Below are positions 63,591 through 64,000 of a stretch of DNA of 64,000 nucleotides, in pieces; within the stretch, counting starts at the first letter, position 1, and each line of letters begins with the position of its first letter. The stretch spans positions 22,196,001 through 22,260,000 of the forward strand of contig OZ024757.1 of the NCBI GenBank assembly GCA_964016885.1, given 5' to 3'. A program made the translations under genes and the position numbers. Below the pieces are notes generated by a model. The model was given only the letters and a program-made list of their open reading frames with translations, was not told the DNA's origin and searched no databases. Origin of the DNA: Eledone cirrhosa. Taxonomy: Eukaryota.

Positions 63591-63692
63591 CAGCTTGTGT
63601 CATAGAATTGGAACCATTTTCATCTGGTTTTTGTATCAAAAGGGTGAGACTCTTGTAATAATTGGAACTACTATATTCCTGTTTTATCTAGT

Positions 63693-64000
63693 GTGGTGGT
63701 GGTGATAATGGTGCTGGTGGTGGTGATAGTGGTGGTGATGGTGATAGTGGTGGTGGTGATAGTGGTGGTGGTGATAGTGGTGGTGGTGGTGATAGTGGTG
63801 GTGGTGGTGAAAGTAGTGGTGGTGGTGGTTGTGGTATTGGTTGTGATGTTGGTGGTGGTAGTGGTGGTGGTGGTGGTTGTGGTGATGGTAGTGGTAGTGG
63901 GTGGTTGTAGTGGTGGTTGTGGTGACAGTAATGGTGGTGGTGGTGATGGTGGTTGTGGTGATGGTAGTGGTAGTGGTAGTGGTAGTGGTGGTGGTAGTGG
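63693..64000. repeat. (GGT)n tract
   Basis: Degenerate triplets running to the window end. Confidence 0.95.

Overview
Repeat-saturated, AT-rich animal genomic DNA, most likely Octopus or another coleoid cephalopod. This is inferred from the SINE and RTE families and the extreme (TA)n, (GGT)n and (CT)n microsatellite load. I can support no host protein-coding exon; nearly all long ORFs in the track are microsatellite artefacts. The window looks like part of a very long intron or an intergenic region. It contains a DD37D (maT-type) transposase 3' half, a decayed mariner, many RTE-clade LINE fragments, two SINE families, TTAA-flanked MITEs, non-autonomous Helitrons and several minisatellites made from TE pieces. 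The most notable signal is a dense set of fold-back (palindromic) elements in (TA)n tracts. They belong to several unrelated families and carry type I hammerhead ribozyme motifs, with the inversion centre repeatedly at or just 5' of the ribozyme core (Penelope-like or retrozyme-like). A textbook recursive-splice-site motif (polypyrimidine-CAG|GTAAGT) lies on the minus strand at 49032-49060. Coordinates were read by eye; TE boundaries are approximate.
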